A stretch of DNA of 64,000 nucleotides from the human T2T-CHM13v2.0 reference genome, Homo sapiens (GCF_009914755.1 NC_060934.1); one strand, 5' to 3'. Shown: positions 13,441 to 27,933, counted from the stretch's first letter. Notes: generated from the sequence alone by a model not told the origin. A program made the numbers and translations.

Positions 13441-14379
13441 CAGATGCCCAGAAAATGTTTACACATCCAGATCTGGGATCCAGAAAAGGGAGCAGTCAGC
13501 CACATCACCCTTCACCTGAATTTTGCCGTAGCATTACTGTTGATTCCACGCCTATAATGTACCCTTTGCTAGTCCACCCTCCATGTTATCTCAAGAGTGA
13601 GTTCTCTAAAAGCACAAAGCTTAAATTCAACCTGACTTTCCATTAAAAGTGGACAGGACTGTTCAGAATCTGCTCCCTCCTCCCTGTACTCTGATGTTCT
13701 TCACCTTCCCCTATGACCTCTGTCCCTGCCTGCAGCTCCAGGAATCTGGAATTGTCCTGGCTGTGGGCACTGCTGACTGCCCACCCTGTACTGCTCTCCT
13801 GCTCTCTCCTCATGTCCCATTACCCCCTGCCCAGCTCTTGGGAGGAAGGCGGCTTGTCCTCCTTCTCTGCACGCAGCATCCCCTGCGTAATTGACCTGGG
13901 GTGGAGAGTCAGGCTGAAGCGAAGATGACTTCCTTTCTGTCTCACTGGTGTGGATAAGAGAGCTTGTAGCGTGTTGCTGTTGGCTGCCCTGAGACAGACC
14001 ACTGGGGCCACAGCCCTGGGATGAAGCTGAGGGTGAGGACAGTGAAACACATGAGGAGAAGGCAGCTGGGTCCCTGGTGGAGGCATTAAGATGCTGAATG
14101 GCACCTCACCTGGAGGCTGACTTGGACTCGAGTTACACACACTTAGCAATGGTTTTTGTTACTAGCAGCCCAAATTCAATAGATGTTGTTCATGCCTCCA
14201 ATGCCTGTGCACACTCTGTTTAGACACAGGGTGAACACGTGTCCCACATGGCTGGGGACAGCACTGGTTTATGCCTATTGTTTGATTATCATTGGTAACC
14301 GCATCCCCTTTCCCTCTCCAGTGTTCCAAATCTGGACAATGGAGTAGGTGTTTCTGCTGCTGGAATGAGGCTGCACAGA

Positions 14380-14650
14380 CATCTGCCTGGCACACTCCTA
14401 GCCAGAAGCCTAGAGCATCGCCTCCCTGAGGAGGCTTATCCAGCCTCTCTCTACACGTCCCTGCTTGCCTGAAGGGAATCCCGTACTCCTTTGTAACAGC
14501 CCCTGTCATGTGGACATGCTGGTACTGCATGCACTAGACTGCACTGAAATAACTTATATTTATTTTTATTAGATTGTGAGCTCAAGGGGAGGAACCACAT
14601 GGCCACGTGTGCTCAATAGATGATTGTTAAAGACATAAATAAATCATTCA
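14380..14650 (+). mobile_element. L2 fragment
   Basis: tagattgtgagctc...gtgctcaatagatgattgtt. Confidence 0.45.
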
Positions 14651-16879
14651 AGATATATCATTTTCATATAGTAGGTAGGGCCCTCTGAGCCACAAGGTGG
14701 CCATGTAATAATTTACAGGGGACAGAGCCTGACAGAGCCTTGGGCTCCTCCTCCAAGGTCATGGGCACTCACTGACCAGCCAAAAGCCGTCAGTGGAGGA
14801 ATCTTCTGACCCTCCTCGGCTCACTCAGCAGCCTGCAGGGTCTGCCCTCAAGAACCTGGCACGGTGCTCTGGGCTCCATCTGGCCGGGGAGCTGGCAGCA
14901 GGACAACACCAACGATACCCCTAAAGGCCCCCAGCTGCTTGGCTGAGGATTTTGTGATGCCTGAGCTGGGTAAGGGCTGTCCCCTACTTCTAGAAGCCAA
15001 GGGTCATTTCAATGGACAGGGCCCCAGGGTCCCCACTTCCCATCTCAAAATGAAATGCCCCTTTATTCTTAAGCAGACATCAGGCGTCCTAGAACTGAAC
15101 TCCATTTGTTATTTCTTTGTTGCTCTTTGTCCTCGTGCACAGGCCTGGGGGCTTCCTTGAATAGTTTCTCTATTGGAAAGACCTGAGTAAAGGGAGGTTG
15201 CATGGCTGTAGGTCTTCATTCTGTGTCTCCAGAGAAGGTTCCGTGCAGCCATGTGCTGCCTTCCCTCCTGGGCTGCCCTGGAAAACTTAGTTTATCAGAT
15301 AGTCCCACCATCCTAGAACAGAGAGGGCAGAGGGGACCCCAGCAAAGGAGATGGCTCCTTAACAAAGAATGTGGGCATCTAGACAAGGAGATTCAAAAAG
15401 AGTCCCCAACATCCTCCTAAAGCCAGCACCACCAATGAGAGTGACACAACCATTGGTGCTGAGAAGCACAGCTTGTGGCCCATGGCGGGGCAGCTCAGCA
15501 CCCGGAGAGGCCTCCTGCCCTGCCTGCACTGTCCATGGGTCCCATATGGTCCTGGATTCTGAAAGCCCAGAAAGGCAGGAGCTGGAGATTTTGCAGAGAT
15601 CTGTCAGAAGTAAAATACACCTATCAGAATAAACGCCTAGCATCATAACATGTATTCGGGAAGTTTTCTAGCATCATCTCTGCACTCCCGCCTGCTGTCT
15701 CCAAACACAGATGGTCCTGGGCCCTCAGCATCACTGACTTGGACTTCTCAACCTCTGTGTATTTGCCCATCTATTTCTATCCGGCAAAACCGTACCAAAA
15801 CTTTTAAACCCAGTTGAAATAACTTCTCCTACAAAGCCTGCCGTCTACGAGCTTCCAAAGTGGAAGAAATTGGGATTTATTTTTACTCCTAAAAACATTG
15901 GACCTCCTTGACTACAGATGTTAGGATCCTAGAGCAACCATGTGAGTGTGTGTATGTGCGCATATGTGTGTGTGCAAGCCCTAGCGACTGTCTGAGATCC
16001 CTTGGGGGGAGGCACTGTTTTGTCCAGATTCCCAGAAGTTTCTCTGTTTTGTGGTCCATGCTCTGAAACATTGAATGAGTTGATCACTTGCCTGAGGACT
16101 GGAAGGAGACTGCTGGTTTCAGGCAGATGAACTTGAAAATTATGAAGAATGATCTTTTTTCTCTTCTGGTTTGGCAAATAACTTTAATTCTCTAATGGAG
16201 AGCTTTAATTGGAACCTTGATTCTATATTCAGAGGTAATGGGCTTTACCAAAAATGGATTGGAGCAGTTCATAAATTTTTCCCAAAATGTTAACATACTA
16301 CGGGGCCGATAGGGGTTGTTTAGCTTGGCAAAAAAAACTAGCATTAAAGATTAAAATAACAACTTCCTGGATTCCTGTGCAGGCTGCTAACTTGTCCTGG
16401 TGTCCTTGGGCCCTGAGTGGACAGTCGTGACATCATCAGTAATGACCATAAATCAGCAAGAATCCCAACCTCTTCATAGTTCTCTTGCAAGAAGTTTGAG
16501 GGAACAAACAGGCAGAGTGGGTGTCAAGGAATAATGACTGATAACAGCTAACTTCCTGAGTGCCCATGCCACCCACATCTCCTGTGAGGGCTGTGCCTCG
16601 GTGACCTCTGTAACCTCCTTCCAGCCTGCGAGTGGCTGGGTGCCTTCCCCAGGTCGTGTGGCTGAGAACATGTGACTGTACTGGATTTGAGAGTCCAGGT
16701 CCCTAACTGCTTTGCTGCACCTTCTCAATTAGAAATAACCTGCAGAGGTTCCAGAACAGAGAGCTTGGCTGAGGCAGAGAGGCGTACTCTGAAGGTTCGG
16801 ATCTCGTGTTCTTCACTCCAGGCCAGGGACCATCGTGCCCCAGACACAGTGAGGCTGGGCTCTGGAATAGGTCTAGACT

Positions 16880-17020
16880 GGGTCTGGATCCAGCTCTGTG
16901 GAGGGACAGGGTACCTCTGGGCTTGTTGTTCATGCCCTCAATGCGTTGGTGTCTTCATCTGTAGAATGGGGTCTTTATGACATTTAAGGGAGACACTTCA
17001 TGTGCAGGGCTCAGCACGAA
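16880..17020 (+). mobile_element. MIR fragment
   Basis: ggtgtcttcatctgtagaatgggg core. Confidence 0.4.
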
Positions 17021-20000
17021 ATCTGGGCTTGCGGCGAGACGGAAAAGGAGAATGGGGAGGAGGAGGAAAGGCAATCGTGGCTGCGGGTGTTGGCAGGGCA
17101 GGGGGCAGAGTCTGTCTGTCCTCTTGAAATTGCTCCCATTTCTGTGGTCCTAAGAATGTTCAAAGAAAGAAAAATAAGTATTTGCAGACAGGCCCTCAGG
17201 AATCTGCTCCCCATGACTTTCTAGTGGCTGCCCTGTCTTTCAGCGCCTTTGGAGCCTGGTGCCCAATTGCTGCTTCTCCTTCACTCTTCCCCTTCTGCCC
17301 GCCCTTGCCATCTCTGGGATTGTGGGCTGGCCACTCAGCTGGGTGCCAGGGCTGGTGCTTGGGTTTGTGTGGGGGCCCCAGCACCAGTACTGCACAAATG
17401 CAGCCGGGCAACAAGTACTCTGTCCCCTCTCCTGCAGCTCCGCTGAGTGTTATACCCCAGCCCAGGACCATCAGAGGGTGGGACCCTCTGGACCACTCCC
17501 TTAAGAGTGACCTGCTGGCTATGGGACATCGGGGCCAGGCCTACCTTCCCGCAAAGTCACAGGGATGTTTCCCACAACTGAGAGGGTTTGGAGCTCTTCC
17601 ACCCAGCAATCCCTTTGACCTGGAAACCAGGGGGAGAGATTTATGGATCTCCAAGTTAATGAAGCTCAAACACCAGCTGCCTGGGCTTCAGTGGAAGGCA
17701 TGGCCCTTCGTTCACTTTCTCCATAGCTCTGCCGCTTTCACAGCCAGAGCCAAGATGACCAAATTCCTTACATAACCACAACACTAATTCATCATGTGTG
17801 TTTATAATAATGAACACACTTCAAGGCCATTGACAGAAAGCAGCCTCCTGATGGTTGAGTCTCCCTGGTCATGCAGTGCAAAAGCCCATCAGCCAAGCCT
17901 CGAGATCCGGGTGAGATGTGACTTATCTTGGGAATGGCTGGCTTTGAAAAATACACACAGAGTGACCCACGGCAGACCCTTAAGCCCTGTTTGCAAGCCC
18001 TCATGTATTCTCTGCCTCATTAAAAATGTTGTTTAAAATTGCCGAGGGATAATTAAACAGGCCTGTGGTTGATTTATGGAGGACAAACAGAGCTATGAAT
18101 GCACAGAAATATTGTGTTGTGGGGGAGGCAATTTATGAAGATAAGGCTAACTGTTGACCAGAGGTTGGCCACAGAAGTGATGTGTCTTGATGATGCTTCA
18201 AGTCCACAGAGGCCCAAAGTGTCCAGGTATTACATGTTGACTGCCTGGCCCACATTTTGAGTTTAGTAGCTTTTTAATCTCAATACCCCAACTAACAAAT
18301 GAAATGAAAGATTGTTGCCCATGCCGCTACCCCACACTCACAGACACATGTTTGGAATTTGAAGTGGAAAACAGGGTGTCTGACTGTGATACTGATGTTG
18401 GAGTGGCCCCCACTTCTCAGCACCCAGCCTTGCCTGGCAGCATGGTTGACAATCCCCCAGGTGGTTTTTATGGCAAGTTATAAATCAGAGGGTGTGGGTG
18501 CGACTCAGGCACATCTGGGTCCTCATTCTGGGAGTTCTTTGGAGTAGGATGGGGAAGGACATTGTCATTCTCTCTTTGTGTTGATGCTCTTAGTAAGCAA
18601 ACAAAACACAGAATGTAGCCGAGGCTGCCTTCATAGAGGAGAACCATCCTAGAAGGCAGAGAACATGAGACTTATGAGCCCGTGACCTTCCCTGCCTGGC
18701 CAAGCTCCCTGCTGATCCAGGAGCAGCTTCGGTCCATGCCTGGAGTCCTGATGCAGGCCCTGCATCCTGGCAGCTCCTGGAGCTTCCAGCAGCTGAGCCT
18801 GGGGCTAGTGTTTTGGGGCCACAGTCTCTGTCCTGTTTGGTCCAGTCCCTCAGTGGTCGGTGGTCACAGGGACACCTACTTCCAGCCACTTTAAAAGATT
18901 TGGTCTCCACTGTGTCTGAGAAAGGCTCCTTCTACCCTGAGAGCTGTGTCCTGGAAGCCAGCCTGCATCAGGGCCCTCCTGGACACCTTTGTGCATTTAC
19001 CCATCACTCCCTTTTGGCCACCTCTTGTCTTCTCAGCTCTGCCCTGAGCATATTTCCATCCCTAACGCCTCCAAACCTGTGACCCACCCCGCAACCACGT
19101 GCAGAGTTCCACACTGGAGCCCTGGGACCCGAGTCCTCTGTGCTTGGGCGTGAGGCCAAGCTTCACTTCCTCTGCCTGTGCACTCAGGGTTGCGTACCCT
19201 GAGTGCCCCAATAACTTCCAAGGGAAAAAAATTAAATCGAGCTCTAGAAATGACCACAGGTTGCATAGCGTTCATGACACATTTTCCCTGCAGGGTCCTA
19301 TCTTGAAGGTGCTCCCAATATCATCAGGGTGACCGTGAGAAAATGGCCTGATCCTGGCTTCCTTTGTTGGCTCAAGTCTACCCACTCTTCTGTTCACCAC
19401 CTTAGAAACTCTGCCCTCCTCAGAAACCCACGCTTCTGCTTCTGTCTTTCTGAATGTCCCTCTGTCCATCTCCAACAACATCCCCACATGTCCCAATTAA
19501 TGAAACTGCCCTCCTCAGCGTTAGGCTATCACCTTTCCTTCTGTCAGAAACCGCCTCAGAATCTGAGTAACTCTTCCGGGCTCTGAACTCAAAGCTATCC
19601 CCAAATCACCACCAAACCTCCCTTTGTTCTAAGGAAGGAAACATTTCACCAGCCTGGTTTGAGTTACTGTGTGTACTTGGAAATATTTGAAATACTCAAA
19701 ATACTCTTTCCTATAGAATTAAGTTGATTTAAACTGTCCTTGTCTTCAATTTGTCTGAATTGGTAAATTTATTGGATGGGAAAGTTAAAATCAATGACTA
19801 TGTTTTACACATCCCCCACAACCAAGAAACCCAAATCTTGAAATAAAGTAAATGGTTACTTTATTCTATTTAAGTGTCCCCCAGACTTAAGGTAATCACA
19901 TACTTGAGGCTTTTACATTTCTGTCTTATTTGTCAGTAATTCTAACCCAAGAGCCATTAAAAAAGTGGAACTTATTGTTTAGCTTGGAAGGGAAAGCTCC

Positions 20001-21929
20001 TCCTGTTCCGCAAATCACCGAGGCACCTCCCGTCCCGTCTACCGTGTCCCGAGCCTTTACAGCCAGGACCGGGAAAAGTCAGTTTCCTTTTTACATAAAT
20101 AGGAAAGTCGTACCGCTGTGCATGTGACCCCAGAGACTGGCCTCTGCAGTGCACTCCAATCTGGTAAAAATGTCACTTCTCCCTCTCTCTAAGTTAAAGC
20201 ATGTGGATGATCCGAACAACACAAGAATAAGCTAGAATGTGAAGCAGAGTCAATCTTATCAGTTAATAAAGTCAAGTTGTTGATTCAGAGAAGATTGGCC
20301 CTGAGAGGATTTCAGGAGCAGCAGTGTCATCAGAGCCGAGGCTTCATTTGTGGTTGTTACCACAAACTCTTGGCTGAACCCAGAGGTGGACAAGATTTGG
20401 GTATGTCTGCAGGGAAGGAAGCAGTGGTGGTGGAGAGGTATTTATGGGTTTTAAGATTTAAATAAAAGAAAAAACCACATTGTCATCTGAAAGAAGATAA
20501 ATGGCAAATTGTTGAAGCGACAGGCCCCTAGGGACTAATTACTCTTCCGCAGTAATTCAGGAACTTCACCAGTGACTTACATTGACTTAACATGTCAAAT
20601 GTCAGTTCTGTGTTATGAAATAAAAATACATGTTCTTTTAGTGTAAACAATACAGAAATGTTCTCAGATGTCCCAAGTTGTTAGTCATGTGGGACAGATT
20701 CAGTGCCCTATGATGCATGTCCACGGCTCTGTGCCTGAGGTTACAAAGTGTAACAGGGCAGCTTTATAGTTAAAATCCAAGTAGACACCTTGTTCATCTG
20801 GGGGCTGAGGAGCACCCACACCACCCCTCGGAGACATTCATGTTGCACCTTCAGAATGCAAGAGTGATCATGAATAAGTGTTCCTGACACTCCATTCTCC
20901 AATCTTCATTCTACTTTGGTTTTGGGGAGGTTGTTGCAGGACATTGATGGGGAGACCGCTGGCCAGCTGTGCCCCTGGTAGGGTTTCAGCCAGTAGCAGG
21001 GTGGCAAAGCTTACAGCACTGCGCTACATGGTGTGAGCTGCTTTGGTTTCTCATGGGGTATCACCACAGGTCAAATACAATGTGTCTGCAAACCAGGCCG
21101 AGAAGCTGGTGCACAGCTCACACGCTACACATGCTAACTCAATTGAAATAGGCTTTCAGCAACAGGTGCACACTAGTGCTTATTCTACACGAGGCTCCAT
21201 GCAGGTCATAGAGGGCTAAGGTTCTGTGTTCCGTAGAGCAGGCCCTGTCTTGCTGCTTCTTCTCTGTGGCTTGGCTCAAGGTCTAACAGTTTACAGAAAC
21301 CCAATCACTGTTGGTTGGCTTGAAGACAGGATCTCTGCCTACAAACTTTTCATAGTTTAGGAGAAAAATCCTATTAATCATCCAAGGTTCAACCAAGAAG
21401 AGAGGTCACTCTAAGTATTTATAACAGAGGACTCTCATTGCCCAGGTTATAGGAAGACTTTGAGGCCAGAGCACAGTGACATTGGAGGGAGCCGCAACCC
21501 TCCCTGGGTTGAAGGAACTAAGGAGGTAAGTAGTGCTATGGGGCCCAGGTACGAGGTTCACCCTTTGGAAGCTGGCGTCTTGGCTTCCCTGGCAGGAGCT
21601 GGACCCTCAGGGAAGTCTGCTGGAGATAGTGCTTAGGTGTGGGGAAAATGGTGATGGAGAAATACCCTGGCTTCCCCCTTCTTACCCCTCTTTTTAGCAC
21701 CTCTCTCTGGGGTGAATCCCACCAGAAACCAATTGGCACATGAGCCAGGAATGACAGTCTAACAGGCTCAATCCTTCCTTCCCTGAAGCCCATCCCCATA
21801 ATGCAGAGAGGGAAAGGGCTTGGACTGGCTCTGAGGGCAGACAGGTTCAGGATTGGCACATCTTCCATTGGACAGCATCCCACAGCCTAGGAATAAATTT
21901 CCTTTATGTATTTCATTCTCAAAATCCCC

Positions 21930-22040
21930 ACAAAGACCCCGTGAATGGTGCATTTTTACCTCATTTTATGTATGAGAAATGTAAGACCCAGAAGCTTCTG
22001 ATAAATGACTATAAACTCCCCAGCTAGTGCCCGGCTCAGC
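21930..22040 (-). mobile_element. MIR fragment
   Basis: cctcattttatgtatgagaaatgtaagacccaga core. Confidence 0.4.
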
Positions 22041-22164
22041 AGTACTCACGGTGGGTCTGTAACCCCCATTTCCCTCTTACCCTTGCTCTACGTAAACCTC
22101 GAAAGGCTATTTTTCTTCTAAGGACTTATGGGGAGATCTTTCTGCTCATGAAGGTTTTGCATTT

Positions 22165-22700
22165 TAGATTATTGTTCAAATTGTCTATTTCCCTTTTGAT
22201 CTCCTGTCTAGTTGTTCTCTCCATGATTCCAAGTGTGGCGTTGATGTTGCCAAGTATTTGTATTGGTCTATTTTTCTCATTATTTATATCAGTTCTGCCC
22301 CATGTATTTTGGGGGCTCTGTCAGAAACATATGTTTATAATTGTTATATCTTCTTCACGAGTTGATTCTATTGTTATTATAAAGTGTCCCTGCTTATCTC
22401 TGATAACTATTTTTGTTTGAAAGTTTATTTTGTCTGATGTCAGTATGGCCACTCCAGTGTTCTTACAATTGTTTGCATGATTATTTCTTTTCCATTCTTT
22501 TACTTTCAGCCCATTTATATCTTTGAATCTAAAGTGTGTCTCCTGTAGCAAACATATAGTTGGATCTTGTTTTTCTTATCCTGTCTGATCTGATAATCTC
22601 TGTCTTTTGTGTTGCTTAATCCATTAATATTTAATGTTAATATCCATAGGTTTGGATTTATGTCAGCCATTTTACTTTCTTCTTTATGTCTCATGTCTTT
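22165..22700 (-). mobile_element. L1M fragment, ORF2 endonuclease region
   Basis: ORF 22321-22551 LQETHFRFKDINGLKVKEWK...GVAILTSDKINFQTK...RDKQGHFI is L1 APE endonuclease sequence. Confidence 0.85.
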
Positions 22701-24257
22701 TTTTTGGTCAAGTTTGGCATATAAAGCTGTATATTACAAAACTGGGGTTTTGGAATGCAAAATTTAATAGCATAAAGTATTATTTTGCTTTCTTTCTTTT
22801 GTGCGTGAATCTCTTCCAAGGTCTTCTCTAGGAGGAACTCAAACACCTCTTCTCCACCTTGCAAGTCCTGCTGAGTTGCTCTGGGAAGGGGTTAGGAAGG
22901 GAGGTAGGGATTCACATGCTTCTGGTAGAAGAGATGAGTTGCAAATAGGGAAATGCCCAGTAGCCCCTCAGCCACCACTCCTCCTTACCTGCATCTCTTC
23001 AGATCATTCTCTTCAAGTCATTTCAGGTGCATGAAGACATTGGTATCTGAATGGCCAAGAAATTCTCTTCAGACTTGCCCATCACTGTTCATGGGGACCA
23101 GAGGGCAGTTCTCTGTGGATCACAGTCAGTCTAAAGCACCTTCCCCTAAAGCTACCAACATTGAGGCATCAGCCAAGGCTTCCCCACCATGTGCTTTAGT
23201 CCACCCCGTGAAAGCCACAGGCTTGTGGCAAATGATAATAGGGAAGCTGATTTGGCAAAGTGGAAAACATGATATTATCAAGTGAATAAAGCAAACTACT
23301 AAATTCTACTCCTTGCTGGGACCACCAGGAATAACTAAGAATGCCTGTGGACAGGATTGAGGGGCGGCATGGGTCAGACAATTTTTTTGTCGTAGTTCAG
23401 TGGTGATGTGCCTACTGCTTCTCTTTTGTTACATGTCCTTCATTAGTGTCATAATTCTTTTTGGTTTTTGATGTAAGAATCAATTAAAAAAAGAAAAGAC
23501 AAATTAAGGAAGGGCTGATGGAAAGAAGAGGTGGGGAGGGAAAGAGGTAGAGAGGGAGAGAAGACAAAGAAAGGGAGGTTCGATTTCATTTGGGCTGTAG
23601 GAAAAAGCTAATCCCCTCAAGTTTTAAGCCAGCTATAGTTGATGAGTAATAAAGGGAGGTCCAAACCTCATTTATGTTTTAATATTGACTTTGTGTAGTA
23701 AAAAGCAGGGAAAAATAGAGTGTCATGGGGAGTTCAAGACCTAAAACGGAGCATCTGAAACATAACCTAAAAAAAGGATACTGTGATTCCAATCCAAGGA
23801 CTTTAATTTCATACAAGGGAATAGGAAACTGCATGGCCTGTAAAACGTTTTTTACGTTTGGTTATTTGCTCTGAGGAAGGAAGCCGAGGCTCATCTCTGC
23901 ACCCCGTCCCCTCTGAGCTCTGCAGCGGACGCTGCTGCCGCCGCGCCTGCTCTGCCCGCTGCCCGTGACTCTCTGCAAGGCCTGTGCACTGCCTGTCACA
24001 GTCTCCTCTCCTATGATCGCTGCCCTCCCTTGGCTCCCATATCCTCTCTGTCGGAACCTCTGTCCTCTTAGGCCCCATGACCTGTTCTCACCTGATTCCC
24101 AAAACCAGCTGAGATGTTTCCAACTCCCTGGAGCCTTCCTGATCTCTGGACCTCATTTTAAAAGAGAAGCTGAATTCCCCACAGTTGTGTTTCTGAAGCT
24201 CTCAGACTCTCTCTTCCTAGGAGAAATCATCACCTGTTAGGTTGCGTCCTGGATACC

Positions 24258-24770
24258 TGTTGGGTGGTTTATGTCAGGTCATCTTAGCTGAGCTGGCCGT
24301 TATTCCTCAGAATTGTCTTCTCTGAATAGTTCCAAGGCAGCCTGAAACACATGTTGTGACGCAGAAGGCTGCAGCATGGGAGCAGCCTGACCACTCATAG
24401 GTCCGTGCAGGCCGTGTGCCTGACCCCCTGGCTCACCTGGTCAGCGTGGGGCAACTGCTGGTGGCCACTTTCGGGTCCTGCTGTGGCCCCCGCTCTGGCC
24501 TCTCCTACTAGAGATCAAAGCAGTTTCAGTTGGTCCTTGCGGGTCCTGTGCAGCCGCGGGGGCCACTTGGTCTTTCTTCCTACACTTGACATCTGTCATC
24601 CTCCTTGAATGCTTGCCCTGTCTTACAGGCTCTGGGCCACAGCCTCAGATGCAGAAACAGCAGCAGCAGCCCCACAGGCTGAGGAACCAAATCCCTGCTT
24701 GAGGCCAAACCCCTGCAAGAAATGTATTATTCTACAGCTACTGCAGTCCTGCTTGGCACTGGACCTCACA
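24258..24770 (+). mobile_element. Probable MLT2-type (ERVL) LTR
   Basis: gtggtttatgtcaggtcatcttagctgagctgg...cctcagaatt start and aaatccc near the end; degenerate. Confidence 0.4.
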
Positions 24771-26007
24771 GATGCCCCCCTGTAAGCTGCCCAGATCGCT
24801 GTCAGGCAGGGCCAGGGATCAGCTCTGGTTCTTCTCTCTTGGCAAGTTTAGGCATAGAGCAGGCACTCACAGAACACAGGTTGGTTGGGGGCCTTGATGT
24901 ACCCAAGCTAGCTGAGATGGCCTTGCAGACCCTGGCTGAGCGGGTCTGAAAAGAGCAAGGGCTGGCTGGCTTCCCATGGCTGGAAGAGGCCTTTTGGTTG
25001 TGGTTGTTTTGGGTTTTTGGTTCCCCTCATGGTGGGACTACTTGTCAGGCAGGTGCTCGGAGACAGGATCCTGACAGTTGTGGCTCCTCAGATGCCTTCA
25101 TCTGTCCAAATGGTCTGACGATGGCTGTGCCCCAGGGCCAGGAGTGTGTCCCTGTGCAGTGTGGTGCTTCAGGCTGCCTGTGCTGCACCCTCCTGGAGCT
25201 CCAGGATGGCTCCTTCCCCTTGGATCCCTTGGACACAGATATCTTTGTGTCTCTGGTCTTTGGGATCTGGCCCCAGGCTCTCCCACAGGAGGACAGACTG
25301 TGGCTGCTGGCCTGGTTTGTGGACCCTAACGATGAAGTCTCTATGATGCAGTTAGGTCCAACTGACACGTGTTTTCTCCCATAACTCTGGCACGACCACT
25401 ATGCTGCCTCCAGTGCTGCTGCCCACCCTGCACACTCTCTGCCCCACCCTGGTGAATTTCCCTGCTGACTATGGGGTGCCCAATTGGGGGAAGGGGGCAA
25501 ATCATCCCCCTACTTGGATCCTTTCTGAGCTAGAAATTCCCAGTGTGAGCTGCTGTGTTGAATTTAAGAATGATGTCCAAATGTCATCAGTATCCATTGC
25601 TTGGCTCTGCTCCCAGGGCCTGAGGACAAAGCAGGACTCTGTGGTCACAGGCAACAGGCCCTGCTCACTGCCTTGCTCCACCAGGTGGGTTAAACGGCAG
25701 CTCCATCTCCTCCTGCCCGCCTCAAAGCCTGGATCTACAAGGATGTCCAGGTCAGTGCAGCATCACAGCAAATGACCCCAGGCTTCCTTCTCTCCATTGT
25801 TTCATAAAGTTCTCTGATGTGCATGTTACCATGGTTACAAATTCATCAGTACATTGCTCTCCAAGTGATCAGAGACTTTCTGCTTCTTAGTAGCTTTTGG
25901 TCACTTTAGAAAGGGCCTTGGATGTCTAGAGAGGGGGTGTGGGCAGACATGAGATGACCACTGAATGACCTGTACTTCCAGTTTCGGGGCTCTTGGGGCT
26001 GGGGTGG

Positions 26008-26375
26008 CATTATGGCTGAGTTGTGTTCTCCCAAAACTTGTATGTTGAAGCCCTAACCCCCACTACTGCAGAATATGACTGTGTTTGGAGATAGAATCTT
26101 TAAAGAGGTGATTAAAGTTAACTGAGGTCATCAGGATAGGCCCTAATCCAATACAACTGATGTCCTTCTAAGAAGAAATGAGAACACAAACGTGCATAGG
26201 GGGAAGACCATGTGAGGACACAGGGAGAAGACAGCATCTACAAGCCAAGGAGAGGGGCATGAGAAGAAACCGAACCTGCCAGCAACCTGATCCCAGACTC
26301 CCACCCCTAGAAGTGCAGGAACAATGCAAACCTGGCCTATGGTGCTTTGCTACGCAGCCCTGGAAAACTAGGACA
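26008..26375 (+). mobile_element. MLT1B-like MaLR solo LTR
   Basis: tatgttgaagccctaacccc...tttggagatag...ggccctaatccaat...caagccaaggagag...gcagccctggaaaactaggaca. Confidence 0.8.
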
Positions 26376-26379
26376 GGTG

Positions 26380-26778
26380 CGTCTTAGTCCATTTGCGTCA
26401 CTATATAGGAATGCTTGAGGCTGGGTAATTTATAAAGCAAAGGGGTTTATTGGCTCACAGTTCTGCAGGCTGTACAAGAAGTGGGGCACCAGTATCTGCC
26501 TCTGGTGAGGGCCTCAGGGAACTTCCATTCATGGAGGAAGGCACCACATGAGGAGACGGGAAGCAAGATAGGGGAGGAAGCACCAGGCTCTTTTTAACAA
26601 TCAGATCTCATGAAAACTAATAGAGTGAGACTTTGATACTCTGAGGATGAGGATGGCACCAAGACATTCATGTGGGGCCGGCTCCCATCACCCACACACC
26701 TCCCCCAGGCCCACCTGCAACACTGGGGGTCACATTTCAACATGAGATTTGGAGGGAGCAAACATCCAAGCCATATCA
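26380..26778 (-). mobile_element. MSTB-like MaLR solo LTR
   Basis: gtcttagtccattt...gaggctgggtaatttataaag...ggctcacagttctgcaggctgtacaagaag...catgagatttggaggg...catatca. Confidence 0.8.
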
Positions 26779-27619
26779 GGTGGTGACAGAATTCCCCTTG
26801 GCTTCCTCCAGCGGCCCCACCTATGGCTTTGGTGGATTTGGTGCCCACTCAGTGAGTGCTCACTTAGCCCAGTGATACTGCACGCACACGGCTCACTTCT
26901 CTTTCAACAGTTCCTGTGATTCTTCCCGATGTTCCCAGCCTTCCACCTTCACATTTTGGATGCCGCTGCTGTGCGGCCCCATCTTGCATGAGCTGCCTCC
27001 ACTCAGCAGGTACCATCTGGGCTGCCATTTCCTCCTGGAGGGCCCAGGGGAGTGGGGACGGGGGTGAGAGGCACTGGAGCAGAGGATCCTGTCCCTGCTT
27101 TTCCCTCTTGGCCCCTGGCTCAGCCCAGCAATTCCAAAGTGGGACACCGAGGGGAAGCAGATGGAGGGCCAGGGTCCCAGGGCAGCCCCTGTCACAGACC
27201 TGAGGGGAATCGTGCTTGAACGTGGATGTCATTGACTCAGGGTCTTCCTTTGTCTTCCTCATCTTAATTCCTGGAGACAGAAAATTGCACCTGGCAGCCT
27301 TTGATGTTTTGTACAGGATATGAAAAAAACAAATGTTGGCCTTTTTGAGTTCAGTCGCATATGTAGCCAAAGGCCCAGGAGTGTAAGCTGTCTGCAGGGA
27401 AGGCAAAAGCATCTCTGTTCATCGAAGCTGCCCATTTGTCCAGGGTTATGATAGCAGCATCCATAACCTGACACTGTATGATGGGTTATGGCTTCCTGGC
27501 CATGTTTTCAAGCATTTTTAAATTTTAATACAGGTATTGTTGTCTTTGTTTTATAAATAAGAAATTAAGATCTGAGGAGAGCATATTCTCCCAAAGTTCT
27601 CACAACTGTGATGATTTCT

Positions 27620-27933
<314 letters not shown>

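Noticed and set aside
17182-17775. 197-aa ORF, longest in the track
   Set aside because: No recognisable domain, non-ATG start, overlapping ORFs in other frames; typical of GC-rich non-coding DNA.
21370-21880. Possible old ERVL/MaLR LTR
   Set aside because: Only vague resemblance; needs RepeatMasker.
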